A stretch of 24,000 bases of DNA, from positions 36,565-60,564 of the forward strand of contig DASYFL010000064.1 of the NCBI GenBank assembly GCA_036498445.1. The letters are read 5' to 3'. This DNA comes from Steroidobacteraceae bacterium (lineage in GTDB: Bacteria > Pseudomonadota > Gammaproteobacteria > Steroidobacterales > Steroidobacteraceae). Positions 1-9,320 of this stretch are shown in pieces; within the stretch, counting starts at the first letter, position 1; each line of letters opens with the position of its first letter. The translations under genes were made by a program, and so were the position numbers. The notes under the pieces were generated by a model. It was not told the origin of the DNA, did not search any database, and saw nothing but the letters and a program-made list of their open reading frames with translations.

Positions 1-997
1 ACTGCCAGCGCGCCTCGAGCTCGAGTGATGCGGCTTCATCTCCCTGGTAGCGCACGGCCGGAACCCCGCGCAGCTGAATGTACGGGCGCAGGAAGAAAGG
101 CGTGCGCGCCGAGGACCATGCGTAATCTGCGCGCGCACCGAGCGTGATTTCATGGGGCAAGGGCAGCCATGCCAGGACAATCTGGTGAAAGCGCTCGAAA
201 TCAGCGCTCGAGCCTAAGGCCGAACGCGAGAGGAGGTAGGAGGTTTCGCTGTAAAGCCCGCGCCTCGGCGTGAAAATATTGTCACGCGAGTCGTACTCGA
301 GAATCGCGGTGGGAGCGGAGACCTTCACCGCCAACGCATCGCCGGGCCCGGCTGGAGCGGGCTGATCGCGGAGATCCGGCGTGATGTCTGCGTACACGTA
401 ACGCAAGCCGATCGCCCACGGCGAGCTCTTCGACAGCCGCCAATCGGCCTGTCCGATCGCAGCGGTGAACGTCAGGGAATAACGGAACTTCTGCTCGAGA
501 TCGGCCTGCTCGAATGCAGCGCCGTAGAAGTCGAGGTTGATCTTCCCGACGCCGGCACCGGCCAGCGTTTGCAGGCGTCCCTCGAGCCATCGGCTCGAAT
601 CGCCGGCGAGCGCGAGCCAGGTTCCATTTTCGGTCGCCAGGCCGCCGAGAGCGGAAATGTCGGGCCGTGACCAGCCCGTCTCTCCTTCTTCCTCGCGAGG
701 CCGGAGGAACATTCCCACAACGCCGCCCCCATAACCGACGGCCGGTTCGGTGACAACGATCGGGACCGGCAGAAACCCATGAGGATGCTCGAGGATCGCG
801 CTGAGGTCGAATTGCCCATCGGCGGGGTCGATGAACCGCGAACCGCTCGCCGGGTCATCCGCCCGTTTGACCTGGGGAGGGACGACCGTGGGGCTCTCCG
901 CTGACCGCGCGCCAGGCGCGATGGCGCAGGCCGCGGCCAGCAGCGCCATCGCAGCAGTACGTCCGCTGGCAGGAGGGCGGCGGCAGGCACGGCCCAT
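1..997 (-). CDS. Omp85/BamA-TamA-family outer-membrane beta-barrel protein (3' end runs off the left edge)
   Basis: Absent from the ORF track because it has no in-window stop. My translation of the reverse strand from ATG 997 (alternative ATG 949) gives an open 332-codon frame: MGRACRRPPASGRTAAMALLAAACAIAPGARSAES...FIDPADGQFDLSAILEHPHGFLPVPIVVTEPAVGYGGG...EYDSRDNIFTPRRGLYSETSY...FFLRPYIQLRGVPAVRYQGDEAASLELEARWQ. The N-terminus looks like a signal peptide. The DxRDN..P.RG and LRG...RY.G motifs are typical of bacterial surface-antigen (D15) barrels. Confidence 0.7.
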   Translation of the reverse strand, partial: MGRACRRPPASGRTAAMALLAAACAIAPGARSAESPTVVPPQVKRADDPASGSRFIDPADGQFDLSAILEHPHGFLPVPIVVTEPAVGYGGGVVGMFLRPREEEGETGWSRPDISALGGLATENGTWLALAGDSSRWLEGRLQTLAGAGVGKINLDFYGAAFEQADLEQKFRYSLTFTAAIGQADWRLSKSSPWAIGLRYVYADITPDLRDQPAPAGPGDALAVKVSAPTAILEYDSRDNIFTPRRGLYSETSYLLSRSALGSSADFERFHQIVLAWLPLPHEITLGARADYAWSSARTPFFLRPYIQLRGVPAVRYQGDEAASLELEARWQ

Positions 998-1015
998 CAC
1001 CGCGGCTTCGGCGGG

Positions 1016-1675
1016 TCAGTTGCCAGGAGCCGCGGAGTAGTTTCCCGCAATGCTGGCGCTCGCGAGAACATGGCCGCGGCGACCCGCTTCGATCAGTTCC
1101 TGATAGAGGCCTTCGGGTCCGCCCGGCACAAAGTCCCCAGAGGTCTGCACGACCGGAAGGAACTCATCGAGTGCATACACCGTGAACTGGTATTTGTGGG
1201 TATGCGGGTTGAGGGTCGTGGGCGGACACGGACCGCTGTAGTTGGCCTGGAAGAAATCGTTGCCGTTCTGCACGCCATAGACGCTGCCGGGAATTCCGGC
1301 ATTTTCCGGCAGACTGGTCGTATCGGCCGGTATGTTGTACATCTGCCAGTGGGTGAACTGCGCAGTGATGTCGTAGCCGATGACGACAAAGCTACGGGTT
1401 TCGTGCGGCGCGTGTCGCCAACTCAGCTGCGGGGATTCATTGCCGCCCGCGGCACCGTTCGCCGTGCAGCTGTTCCGACCGGTGTCATTCGGGATGTTGT
1501 AGATCATGCTGAGCGGCAGTGTCCCTCCATCGACGAAAGTCGCACTGTGCAGCGTCATATGGTGGTGATCTTCACTCCCCGCCAAGGAGGAGCGGACTCC
1601 CACGAGTGCGATGACCGCTGCCACGGCCACAGTCACCGAGTGGCGCAGATTCCTGGATGCGAGCTGCGTGTCCAT
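1016..1675 (-). CDS. YbhB/YbcL-family PEBP (Raf-kinase-inhibitor-like) protein, exported
   Basis: Track ORF 1016..1759. The internal ATG at 1675 (MDTQLASRNLRHSVTVAVAAVIALVG...) gives a signal peptide. The body carries PEBP-family strings: SPQLSWRHAPHETRSFVVIGYD, HWQMYNIP, GPCPP...HKYQFTVYALD. Confidence 0.85.
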   Translation of the reverse strand: MDTQLASRNLRHSVTVAVAAVIALVGVRSSLAGSEDHHHMTLHSATFVDGGTLPLSMIYNIPNDTGRNSCTANGAAGGNESPQLSWRHAPHETRSFVVIGYDITAQFTHWQMYNIPADTTSLPENAGIPGSVYGVQNGNDFFQANYSGPCPPTTLNPHTHKYQFTVYALDEFLPVVQTSGDFVPGGPEGLYQELIEAGRRGHVLASASIAGNYSAAPGN

Positions 1676-1811
1676 GATTCGACACCTTGCCAGTTGACGA
1701 TTGTTGGCTCCCCGGAGAGGGGATCGAAAATACTGTGGTGCCGCGCAAACGCCTGTCAATGCGACTGCGTGCCGCGCTCAAGCTTCGGCAGCTGGCGCGG
1801 AACGCGGCTGA

Positions 1812-3743
1812 TCAGGCCGGCTTTCCGGAGTCCGGATGCCGAAGCAGCTGGTGCAGCTTCTGCGAAACGCGCTCATCGACCTGTGCCGTCCGATTGCGCG
1901 GCACCGGGTAACGCACTTTCGCCTCGGCGCCGGTCGGGGAGAACTGCAGCTGCACTTGCGGTGTAACATCGGTCGGGGCGGGTAACGAGGTCGTTTGGTT
2001 GATGGTTTCCGCCTGGCGCACGATGTCGCCCCGGTATTCATCGACGACCGAGGTAACCGCCGCGAGCAGCCGATCTTTCAGCGCGAAGTAGTCGCTGCCC
2101 GCAGGTAAGGTCAGCATCTGTTCGTGCCAGGTGAAGTTCACCCCGGGAATCTGCCGGAACAGGCCGCCGGAAGACTGGAAGACGATCGAGTTGGCGAAGG
2201 CCACGACCCGGCCGGTCGGTCCGAGCGGTTCCTGCGAGGTGAGCTCGAGCAGATGCATGCGGATGAGACCGAGGTCGATCACCTCACCGCTTACGCCACC
2301 CACCTGAACGCGATCGCCGACCCGCAGGCCATATTTACCGATGAGAATGAAATAACCCACCACCGACACCAGCACGCTTTGCATGGCGACGGCAACACCC
2401 GCAGTCAGAAGCCCGGCGAAAGTTGCGAAAGAGCTCAGATGCGTGATGAAAGTGAGGCCGAGGATCAGAAGGACCAGCAGCCACGTGACGATTCGGCGTA
2501 TCAACAGCAGCTGATTTCTGCGGCGCGGGTCGGTGACGTACCTGAGCACCGTGCGGCGCCAGAACTCCGAGCCGGCGAGTACCGCGATGAGTGCGCCGGC
2601 GAGCACCGCGATGCGCGTCCACAGTACCCCGAGCACGTCGTGGTACTGACGTTTGACTGAAATGCGCCACTTATCGAGATTATCGCGGTACTGCGTCAAC
2701 AGCACCGCTTCCTGGCTGAGTGGCAGGGCGATCGCCGAAGTCTGCGTGAAGAGCCACGCGAGCGTATCGAGCTGATCGCGCATCCCCTTGAGCGCAGTTC
2801 CATTGGCGGTATCTGCAATGGTGGCGAGCTGATCACTGCGGGTCGAGAGTCTCTGCAGCTGCTCATTCGGAGCGGCGCGGATCTTGTGAAACGTCTCCTG
2901 CAGTGCCTTGGTGCGCTGCTCGACCGTATCAATGGTGGAGAGTTTCTGCGAGAGCCGCAGCGCTTGCGCGAGGAGGTCCCAGATGCCGAGCTCGCGTGGC
3001 ACCGTGGTGCTGACGGTAGTTGACTGTGGAGCAGCGACGGTCGTGGTAAAAACGCCCGGCGACGCGCTCGACGCGCCGCCCGCGGCCGGGGTGGTGCTGC
3101 TGGCAGTCGCAGCCGGTATGGTCGCGGCGATCGCATCGATGCGTGACTTGAGCGCACTCACGCTGGCGCGCTTGGTGTCGTTCTCGTAGACGAACTGTGA
3201 CATGGTGTCGAGAAGATTCTTCTGCGCCTTGACCATGGATAGCTCGCCCTGCAGCTCGAGCAGCTTTGCATTGAGATCGGACTTCGCGCGCGGTGCCGCG
3301 GTGGCAAGCTGGCGGCGAGCCGCGTCCATCTCCTTTTCGATGCTATCGCTGCGTTGTGCCGCGTTCTGCTCGAGCTGCCCGAGCGTTTGCGGCGAGCGGG
3401 CGGCTGTGGCGTCCGGTTGAGCGGAGCTCGCCTCGCTGCTGAGGAGCTCCGCGTTCGCGCGCGCGATCTGGAAGGCAAGGCGCACCACGTTGTCGGCCGT
3501 CTGGCGATTGGCATAGAGCAGCAGCAGATCGCTCGGCTGCGTGGCGCTCTGCTGCTGCAGGCCGAGCGTCCGATACCAGTCGACGGTCTGGTCGAGGATC
3601 TGCACCAGCTGTTCGGCGGTCAAGGGAGAGACACGGTTTTCCTGCTGGGCCGGCGCAGCTTCGGTTCCCGCCGGTGGATTGCCCGCCGCTCCAAGGAGAG
3701 CGGCGGTAATCAGAAGCAATGTCGCCCGCAAGCTGATACGCAT
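1812..3743 (-). CDS. MscS-family mechanosensitive channel with a long periplasmic coiled-coil N-terminal domain
   Basis: 643-aa ORF with ATG at 3743 preceded by AGGA. It has a signal peptide (MRISLRATLLLITAALLGAAG), a long Q/A/L-rich helical region and several TM helices. The MscS core is present: GVAVAMQSVLVSVVGYFILIGKYGLRVGDRVQVGGVSGEVIDLGLIRMHLLE. Confidence 0.85.
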   Translation of the reverse strand: MRISLRATLLLITAALLGAAGNPPAGTEAAPAQQENRVSPLTAEQLVQILDQTVDWYRTLGLQQQSATQPSDLLLLYANRQTADNVVRLAFQIARANAELLSSEASSAQPDATAARSPQTLGQLEQNAAQRSDSIEKEMDAARRQLATAAPRAKSDLNAKLLELQGELSMVKAQKNLLDTMSQFVYENDTKRASVSALKSRIDAIAATIPAATASSTTPAAGGASSASPGVFTTTVAAPQSTTVSTTVPRELGIWDLLAQALRLSQKLSTIDTVEQRTKALQETFHKIRAAPNEQLQRLSTRSDQLATIADTANGTALKGMRDQLDTLAWLFTQTSAIALPLSQEAVLLTQYRDNLDKWRISVKRQYHDVLGVLWTRIAVLAGALIAVLAGSEFWRRTVLRYVTDPRRRNQLLLIRRIVTWLLVLLILGLTFITHLSSFATFAGLLTAGVAVAMQSVLVSVVGYFILIGKYGLRVGDRVQVGGVSGEVIDLGLIRMHLLELTSQEPLGPTGRVVAFANSIVFQSSGGLFRQIPGVNFTWHEQMLTLPAGSDYFALKDRLLAAVTSVVDEYRGDIVRQAETINQTTSLPAPTDVTPQVQLQFSPTGAEAKVRYPVPRNRTAQVDERVSQKLHQLLRHPDSGKPA

Positions 3744-3915
3744 CGTCGATTCCTGGTTGTCGCGCGGCTCCGGACCGTCCTGAGCGGCACATGCCGCCGA
3801 GCCACATGGGTTCGAGAGACTAAGCCAGTGTCGTCCGGAATGGCAGCCGCGCAGGCACTTCGCTGCTGCGCCGCTCAGGTTGCGAGCACGGAAGCCGCCC
3901 GCATTGGGCTTCCCT

Positions 3916-4644
3916 TCACTCCTTGAGCGTGATCCAGATGAGGTCTATCGGCTGCTGCCCGACATTGCCCGACTCGTGCCCTTCGCTGATGTCGATCGTC
4001 GGCATCCAGCCCACCTCTCCATCAGGTGAGGGTTCAGGGTAGGGATGTTCGGGCTCTTTTTTCGAGCGCGCGGCCCAGCGGCCACCTTTTATATGGATGT
4101 ACAGCATATTGGGACGGTGTGCGTGCACGCCTTCCCACTGCCCCGGATTCACCGTGAAGCGCTGCACAATCAGCCGTGAATTCTCCAGCAGGTCTTCGCC
4201 CGGGATGTTCGGATAATTGAGGTAGTCATCCGGGCGTGGGTTTGCGCTGCGCGCGGCAGCTGCGGCTGCGACTGGTTTCAGCGTCACCCACATCATCACG
4301 ATTTCCCCGGTTCCGACGTTCCGGTCCCCCTCGTCAGGCAGCTCGCCCGAGTCATGCCAGGCGATGCGCCCGTCGCGCCACAGGGTCGAGCGCCCGGTCG
4401 CCATCGCTCGCAGCAGGCCGCCCTTCACGAACACGAGCAGCTGATCCCCAGGGTGAGTGTGGCGACCGGTCGTCTGCCCGGGCTCGAGCACGAATCTTTC
4501 GACGAGCACTCGGGAGTTATCGAGTAACACCTCCCCGCGCAGAGCTGCGTAAATCGGCGCGGGCTGTGCGGCGGCGAGCGGCCGATTGCTCAACGCCAGC
4601 GGTGCAAGCGCCAGGGCCGCCGCATAAGTCAGCCACGATTTCAA
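3916..4644 (-). CDS. Periplasmic bicupin-domain protein
   Basis: 242-aa ORF with a TTG start at 4644, 6 nt after a GAGGAG Shine-Dalgarno. Signal peptide is MKSWLTYAAALALAPLALS. There are two cupin motifs: GRHTHPGDQLLVFVKGG and GVHAHRPNMLYIHIKGG. Confidence 0.75.
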   Translation of the reverse strand: MKSWLTYAAALALAPLALSNRPLAAAQPAPIYAALRGEVLLDNSRVLVERFVLEPGQTTGRHTHPGDQLLVFVKGGLLRAMATGRSTLWRDGRIAWHDSGELPDEGDRNVGTGEIVMMWVTLKPVAAAAAARSANPRPDDYLNYPNIPGEDLLENSRLIVQRFTVNPGQWEGVHAHRPNMLYIHIKGGRWAARSKKEPEHPYPEPSPDGEVGWMPTIDISEGHESGNVGQQPIDLIWITLKE

Positions 4645-4707
4645 TTGCCACTCCTCGAGAAACGATGCGCGGGCGAGACTCTAACCGATTCCCGGCCACG
4701 CATCTCT

Positions 4708-5238
4708 TCAAGGAAGATGCGCGAGTCGTCGCACCTGTACGAGGAAGTGCTGGACGTCGTGCGGTGTAAGCACCACCGGCGCTCCGCTGCGGTAGCGCAG
4801 CAACACCGCGCGCTGCGGGTCCGTGGCGTAGGCGCGGAATCGCCCGATTCTGCGGTTCCAGAACCAACCGCTGATGCCAAACAGGCCACCGTTGCCGAAG
4901 AGGCGCACCGAACCGCGCATTCCCTCTGGTTCGCCCGTGACAGCCACCAGGCCCTCGAGCGGCAGCCGGGTGCTCCATCCGAGCCGCCGCACTGCGATAT
5001 GGCTATCGGTCAGAACGTATCCGCGGACCATGAAGGGCAGCGCCCCGCACAGCACGATGAGCGGCATACCCACCATGGCTGCCCACCACAGCCACAACTG
5101 CCGGGGGCCCGCGAGCAAGCCGACCAGCGCCACAGTGAGGAGTATTGCTACGGAGCCGATGGTCATGAGGCGCAGCGAGCGAGCCCAGGGTGCGGAGAAC
5201 TGCGCGATGACGAATGTCATGGGCGGGTTATAGCGCAT
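4708..5238 (-). CDS. Bacterial PH-domain (bPH) membrane protein
   Basis: 176-aa ORF with two N-terminal TM helices (SLRLMTIGSVAILLTVALVGLLAG; WWAAMVGMPLIVLCGALPF). These are followed by a bPH-like segment: RGYVLTDSHIAVRRLGWSTRLPLEGL...FRAYATDPQRAVLL. The start could instead be ATG 5220. Confidence 0.6.
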   Translation of the reverse strand: MRYNPPMTFVIAQFSAPWARSLRLMTIGSVAILLTVALVGLLAGPRQLWLWWAAMVGMPLIVLCGALPFMVRGYVLTDSHIAVRRLGWSTRLPLEGLVAVTGEPEGMRGSVRLFGNGGLFGISGWFWNRRIGRFRAYATDPQRAVLLRYRSGAPVVLTPHDVQHFLVQVRRLAHLP

Positions 5239-5355
5239 TCGATGCCGATGGAAAGGGGATCGATTCAGTTTTTCTTAACAGTGAGTCAGATATCACGTTT
5301 GCTGGTGTTGGCACCGGGCTCGACACTGTGCGCACCAAGCAGCGAGGTTTTGCGC

Positions 5356-6201
5356 ATGAGAACAAATAATCTGGCGGCCGCTCCGGCTCGCAGTCAGCGA
5401 GTCATGGTCGAGGCGGAGATCGATTTTCTGCTCCCGGGGCTCGACAGACCCTTCACCTACGGACGTGAGGCGCCGCAAGGCGGCGAAGCCGAGACAGCGC
5501 GCTTTGCCGCTCATGCGGTGCAGATCGAGGACCTGCGCCACGGAGAGGGCCTCGCGCTCGAGGAGCACGGCGCGCAGCTCGGTTGGTGGCCGACGCGGAT
5601 ACGGCGTTTCTACGATGAGGATCACGTGCAGCGCCGCTACTATCCCGAATGCGCCGAAATCATCAAGACGGCGGTCGGCGCAGATCAGGTGGTCGTTTTC
5701 GACCACAACGTGCGGCGCGGGCCGGCGGTGCAGCTCGGCGCACGGCCGCACAACATCGGACGTCCGGTCCACCATGCGCACACCGACTACACTCCCCAAT
5801 CAGCGCTGCGCCGCCTGCACGAGGAGATCGGACCCGAGGCAGAGAAAGGACTGTCGCGCTACCTGCAGGTCAACCTGTGGCGCCCGATCCGCGGCCCGCT
5901 GCGCGATTCGCCGCTCGCGATCTGCGATGGTGCGAGTGTCGGTGCGCAGAGTCTGCGTAGCGTCGAGCTGCGCTATCCGGACAGGACAGGCGAGATCTAT
6001 TACCTGCTGCACGATCCGCGGCAGCGTTGGTATTTCGCGTCGGACATGACTGTCGATGAGGCCTGGCTCATCAAGAACTTCGATTCGTCACCGCGCGGGC
6101 CTGGTCACGCGGCGCCGCATAGCGCGTTTACGGACTCGCGGCACCGCTATGTTCCGCCGCGGGAGAGCATTGAGGTCAGGGCGCTCGCGCTATTCCGCTG
6201 A
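5356..6201 (+). CDS. CmcJ/NvfI-family oxidoreductase-like protein
   Basis: This is the 3' 281 codons of track ORF 4645..6201. Family-like strings are VQIEDLR, YYPECAEIIKTAVGADQVVVFDHNVRR, RPVHHAHTDYTPQS, LQVNLWRPIRGPLRDSPLAICD and GEIYYLLHDPRQRWYF. ATG 5356 has GCGAGG 8 nt upstream; ATG 5404 is an alternative. Confidence 0.7.
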   Translation: MRTNNLAAAPARSQRVMVEAEIDFLLPGLDRPFTYGREAPQGGEAETARFAAHAVQIEDLRHGEGLALEEHGAQLGWWPTRIRRFYDEDHVQRRYYPECAEIIKTAVGADQVVVFDHNVRRGPAVQLGARPHNIGRPVHHAHTDYTPQSALRRLHEEIGPEAEKGLSRYLQVNLWRPIRGPLRDSPLAICDGASVGAQSLRSVELRYPDRTGEIYYLLHDPRQRWYFASDMTVDEAWLIKNFDSSPRGPGHAAPHSAFTDSRHRYVPPRESIEVRALALFR

Positions 6202-6392
6202 AGGCGATCCAGGCGCATCAGGCCATCCGAGCTCACCCGAGCCGGCGCCCGATCTCGGCCTCGAGCATCGCGGCGAAGGCTGGCTGCGCTTCGCGCGTCA
6301 GGGGTCTTTTGGACCCGGTGTGCTCACCAAACGTCAGGCGATACGGCAATATAGCGAGGAGCCGGGGCGCGCCCGTTGGAAAGGGGTTGCCT

Positions 6393-6722
6393 ATGTCCAG
6401 CAAACCGCCGACGCCGAAGAATCACCAGTCGATCAGCAAGCGGTATCCACGCTTCATGGCGGCGGTCGATGGCCTGGGTCAGGCTGCCGCTGATGCTGGA
6501 CCCCTGCCGGAAAAGACCCGGCACCTCGTGCAGCTCGCGGCGGCAGCGGCGATCCGCTCGGAAGGCGCCGTGCACAGCCACGCACGCCGCGCACTGGCAG
6601 CCGGTGCGACTCCCGAGGAGATCCAGCACGCGGTGATTGCGCTCACCAGCACGATCGGCTTCCCGAACGTGATGGCGGCCCTGAGCTGGATCAACGATGT
6701 CAAACGGGGGACTCGCTGGTAA
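6393..6722 (+). CDS. Carboxymuconolactone decarboxylase (AhpD-like) family protein
   Basis: Internal ATG 6393 of track ORF 6309..6722, preceded by GAAAGGGG. The body reads KTRHLVQLAAAAAIRSEGAVHSHARRALAAGATPEEIQHAVIALTSTIGFPNVMAALSWI, which is typical of the CMD/AhpD fold. Confidence 0.8.
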   Translation: MSSKPPTPKNHQSISKRYPRFMAAVDGLGQAAADAGPLPEKTRHLVQLAAAAAIRSEGAVHSHARRALAAGATPEEIQHAVIALTSTIGFPNVMAALSWINDVKRGTRW

Positions 6723-6792
6723 CCGTCGAGTATGGCAATGCGCCGTGATCTGCGCGCAGAATCGCTGTTGAGCGCAGTTCTGGAGAACGCTG

Positions 6793-7896
6793 ATGGACAC
6801 TTCCTTCAGTCGCGACTATGCCGAGGCCCAAGAGAAGTTTTTGGGCGCCGCACGGGCCGTGGAAGCAGCTCTCGAGCGTTTTGGCCTCGACCGATCCGGT
6901 CCCGCTGGGCTCCCACTCGCGACTGACGTTGCCTGGGTGGGGCCGAGCAATGCGACCTCAGTGCTGGTGACGATATCCGGGACCCACGGTGTGGAGGGCT
7001 TCTTTGGATCGGCCACGCAGGTCGAATGGCTGCGGCGCGCAAAGTCTGCAGCACTTCCGCCGAATGTCGCTGCGCTGCACATTCATGCGATCAACCCCTA
7101 TGGGTTCGCCTGGCTGAGGCGCACCAACGAGAGCAACGTCGATATCAATCGCAACTGGATCGACTTCGCCGCGCCGGCACCGACGAATGAGCGATACGAG
7201 GAACTGCATGGGGACTTATGCCCTTCCGATTGGTCGGAGGCATCGCAAGCGCTGACGGGCTCGCACATCATGGCTTGGATACAGCGGCACGGACCCGAAG
7301 GCCCGGCGATCTACCAACACGCAGTGTCGAGCGGGCAGTGGCTCCATCCCGCTGGTCTTTTCTATGGCGGCCGAGAGCCCAGCTGGTCACGGCGCACATT
7401 GACCGACATCCTTCACTCGAAGCTTCGCGGCGCCAGGCGCATCTGCCTGCTCGACTTTCACACGGGACTGGGCCCTTACGGTTATGCCGAGCCCATCATC
7501 GGCCAGCGGCGCGACACACCGGGTTTCGCGCGCGCCAGATCGTGGATCGGAGCGGCGGCGAAGTCGCTGTACGGCGATGGGTCGGTATCTGCGGCGATCA
7601 CCGGGGACAGCTTGAGCGCAATACCGGGCCTCTTGCCGGAGGCGATGGTCGATGCGGTAGCACTCGAGTGTGGAATTCTGCCGATCCAAAAGGTCGCCCT
7701 GGCCTTACGCGCCGACGCCTGGCTGCACGCTCACGGCGATCCCCTTTCAGCCGATGGCGAGCGCATCCGCGAGCAGATGCGCGCGGCATTTCATTCAGAC
7801 GACCTCCTTTGGCAGGGCATGGCCTTGGGGCAGGGCCTGGCGGCGTGTCAGGCGGCGATGGCCGAACTCGCCGCTGCGGCGGTCCCGCCTCGTTAA
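6793..7896 (+). CDS. DUF2817-type M14-like metallopeptidase-fold protein
   Basis: 367-aa ORF with GGAGA upstream of the ATG. DUF2817-like strings are FSRDYAEAQEKFLGAA, LVTISGTHGVEGFFGS and HAINPYGFAWLRRTNESNVDINRN. Confidence 0.8.
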   Translation: MDTSFSRDYAEAQEKFLGAARAVEAALERFGLDRSGPAGLPLATDVAWVGPSNATSVLVTISGTHGVEGFFGSATQVEWLRRAKSAALPPNVAALHIHAINPYGFAWLRRTNESNVDINRNWIDFAAPAPTNERYEELHGDLCPSDWSEASQALTGSHIMAWIQRHGPEGPAIYQHAVSSGQWLHPAGLFYGGREPSWSRRTLTDILHSKLRGARRICLLDFHTGLGPYGYAEPIIGQRRDTPGFARARSWIGAAAKSLYGDGSVSAAITGDSLSAIPGLLPEAMVDAVALECGILPIQKVALALRADAWLHAHGDPLSADGERIREQMRAAFHSDDLLWQGMALGQGLAACQAAMAELAAAAVPPR

Positions 7897-7946
7897 GTCA
7901 GTGAATGTGACAGCGCGGTTGCCGCCCGCCGCGCATGCCCCAAGCG

Positions 7947-9209
7947 TCAGACAGGCGGGCTCGAAGCGGCTGTGGCCGGAGGCTCAGTCAAGCTGCTTGC
8001 ACCTGCCCGGTCGCGCGCACCGCGGTACTCGGCAAGATTTTCCCGTAGCGTGTTCTGCCGCGCGCAGTCCTCGAGGCCGAGTTTCGTCACCTGCGGCACG
8101 GGCTTTCCGCTCATCTGCAGCGCTTTCAGTCGTGCCCATACCGCGCGGCGCTTACGTACCTGGTGCGGCTGAAATCGATCGAAGTCGGCGTAAGTAGCGG
8201 AGTGGTCGATGGTGAGTGCTCCTGCTGCCACCGCCGCCTCATACAGCTCCAGACCGCGTGCGGTGCGAACGATGAAGCCGTTGAAACCGGCGTCCTCGCC
8301 TGCGGGGCTACCGCCCGGCCAGACGTCCGAGGCGGCGATATCAGCCTCCACGCCGATCGCATCCGGACAGATCCTGCAGCGCGGCTGGATCATCCACTTC
8401 GATTCATCTTCCCAGAGCTGCTGATAGGTGAGCTCGAACGCACGCCCATCCTTGGTCTCGACCCGGGTGAGGCCGGGATTGCCGTGACCGCGATAGCGGA
8501 ACAATGCCAGTTCGCTCTCGTGGATCCGGAAGTGTTGCAGAACCTCTTCGGATTTCCTCAGGTCGGATGCGCCACCGCAGACCAACGTCAGTGCGTAGCG
8601 CATGTAGCGATCGACGCGCGCATCGATGCGGCCCAGGTTGCGCACGGCCGTCACGTCGCAGGGCTTCGCGATCAGCGCAAAGGGTTCCGCGCGCTCGAGA
8701 ATCTCGCAAAAGTCCGTCAGCACGGCTACCGGACCGTAGCGCGATCCGGCGCCATCGAGGACCGCGGCGGCGTCGAAACTCAGCCGTCGCTCGCTGCGCA
8801 TGGGTGCGGACTTCGAGGCGCCCACGTGCAGGATGAAGTTCACGCGCCCCGAGCTCAGCAGGAACCGTCCGAGCGCCGTCAGAGCTCCGCCACTTGAGCC
8901 GCGGAAGCGTACCAGCGGGTCGCTCGCATGGCCGATGCTCAATCGCTCGGCCGGACCCCATACGGTGTCGTGCATGGCAGTGTTGCATGAAGCGGTGTCT
9001 GTCCCTCCGATACGTGTTCCCGGACAGACCGCGTTGATGCGCTCGAGGGCGGCTCGATCGAGCGGGCGACGCGCGAGCGGGCGCTCGCGCCCCTGCGGTG
9101 TCATGACGAAATCGATTTGGTCGCGGCCGGCGATCGAGCGACAAAGTCCACAGCCGATGCAAAGTCCGTTCTCGACGATCTCCTCCAGCGTCAGTGGGGC
9201 AGCTGACAT
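7947..9209 (-). CDS. FrhB/FdhB-family (coenzyme F420 hydrogenase beta-subunit-like) Fe-S flavoprotein
   Basis: 420-aa ORF. The N-terminus has a ferredoxin-like Cys cluster (LCIGCGLC ... AVCPG). This is followed by an FrhB-like body: RFRGSSGGALTALGRFLL, AKPCDVTAVRN, LVCGGA. Confidence 0.7.
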   Translation of the reverse strand: MSAAPLTLEEIVENGLCIGCGLCRSIAGRDQIDFVMTPQGRERPLARRPLDRAALERINAVCPGTRIGGTDTASCNTAMHDTVWGPAERLSIGHASDPLVRFRGSSGGALTALGRFLLSSGRVNFILHVGASKSAPMRSERRLSFDAAAVLDGAGSRYGPVAVLTDFCEILERAEPFALIAKPCDVTAVRNLGRIDARVDRYMRYALTLVCGGASDLRKSEEVLQHFRIHESELALFRYRGHGNPGLTRVETKDGRAFELTYQQLWEDESKWMIQPRCRICPDAIGVEADIAASDVWPGGSPAGEDAGFNGFIVRTARGLELYEAAVAAGALTIDHSATYADFDRFQPHQVRKRRAVWARLKALQMSGKPVPQVTKLGLEDCARQNTLRENLAEYRGARDRAGASSLTEPPATAASSPPV

Positions 9210-9320
9210 GCAAGGACCTTAGCAGAGGCAGCTGTAGACCGCCTCGCTTGTGCCCGGCTGAGGCGCACGCTCGTGGAATTCGCCGATACCGCCGCCCGCA
9301 GCGCCCGCAAGAGCGGGTGG

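Noticed and set aside
1070-1966. 298-aa plus-strand ORF across the PEBP gene and the MscS 3' end
   Set aside because: It is a shadow ORF opposite two well-supported minus-strand genes and is Arg-rich with no recognisable domain.
3890-3913. A 7-bp hairpin (GGAAGCC...GGCTTCC) immediately downstream of the cupin gene stop
   Set aside because: No U-tract follows it on the minus strand, and the stem is short with a 10-nt loop. This is not enough to call a terminator.
4645-5355. The 5' 237 codons of the 518-aa plus-strand ORF 4645..6201
   Set aside because: This part is antisense to the well-supported PH-domain gene (4708..5238). Its translation is R/H/P/A-rich with no protein-like pattern. Recognisable CmcJ-family sequence starts only at ATG 5356, which also has a Shine-Dalgarno.
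6233-6390. Minus-strand open frame reading ...ILPYRLTFGEHTGSKRPLTREAQPAFAAMLEAEIGRRLG*, vaguely like the C-terminal tail of a LysR-type regulator
   Set aside because: It covers only about 50 codons with no start, and the upstream part would collide with the strongly supported CMD gene. The resemblance is too short and generic. At best it is a relic, and I cannot support that by eye.
6383-6395. The 13-nt string GGGGTTGCCTATG, identical in front of two unrelated genes (6383-6395 and 11989-12001), both including the start codon
   Set aside because: Several chance 13-mer repeats are expected in 24 kb of G+C-biased DNA. Half of the match is constrained anyway (Shine-Dalgarno plus ATG). The leftover 6-nt identity is not significant.
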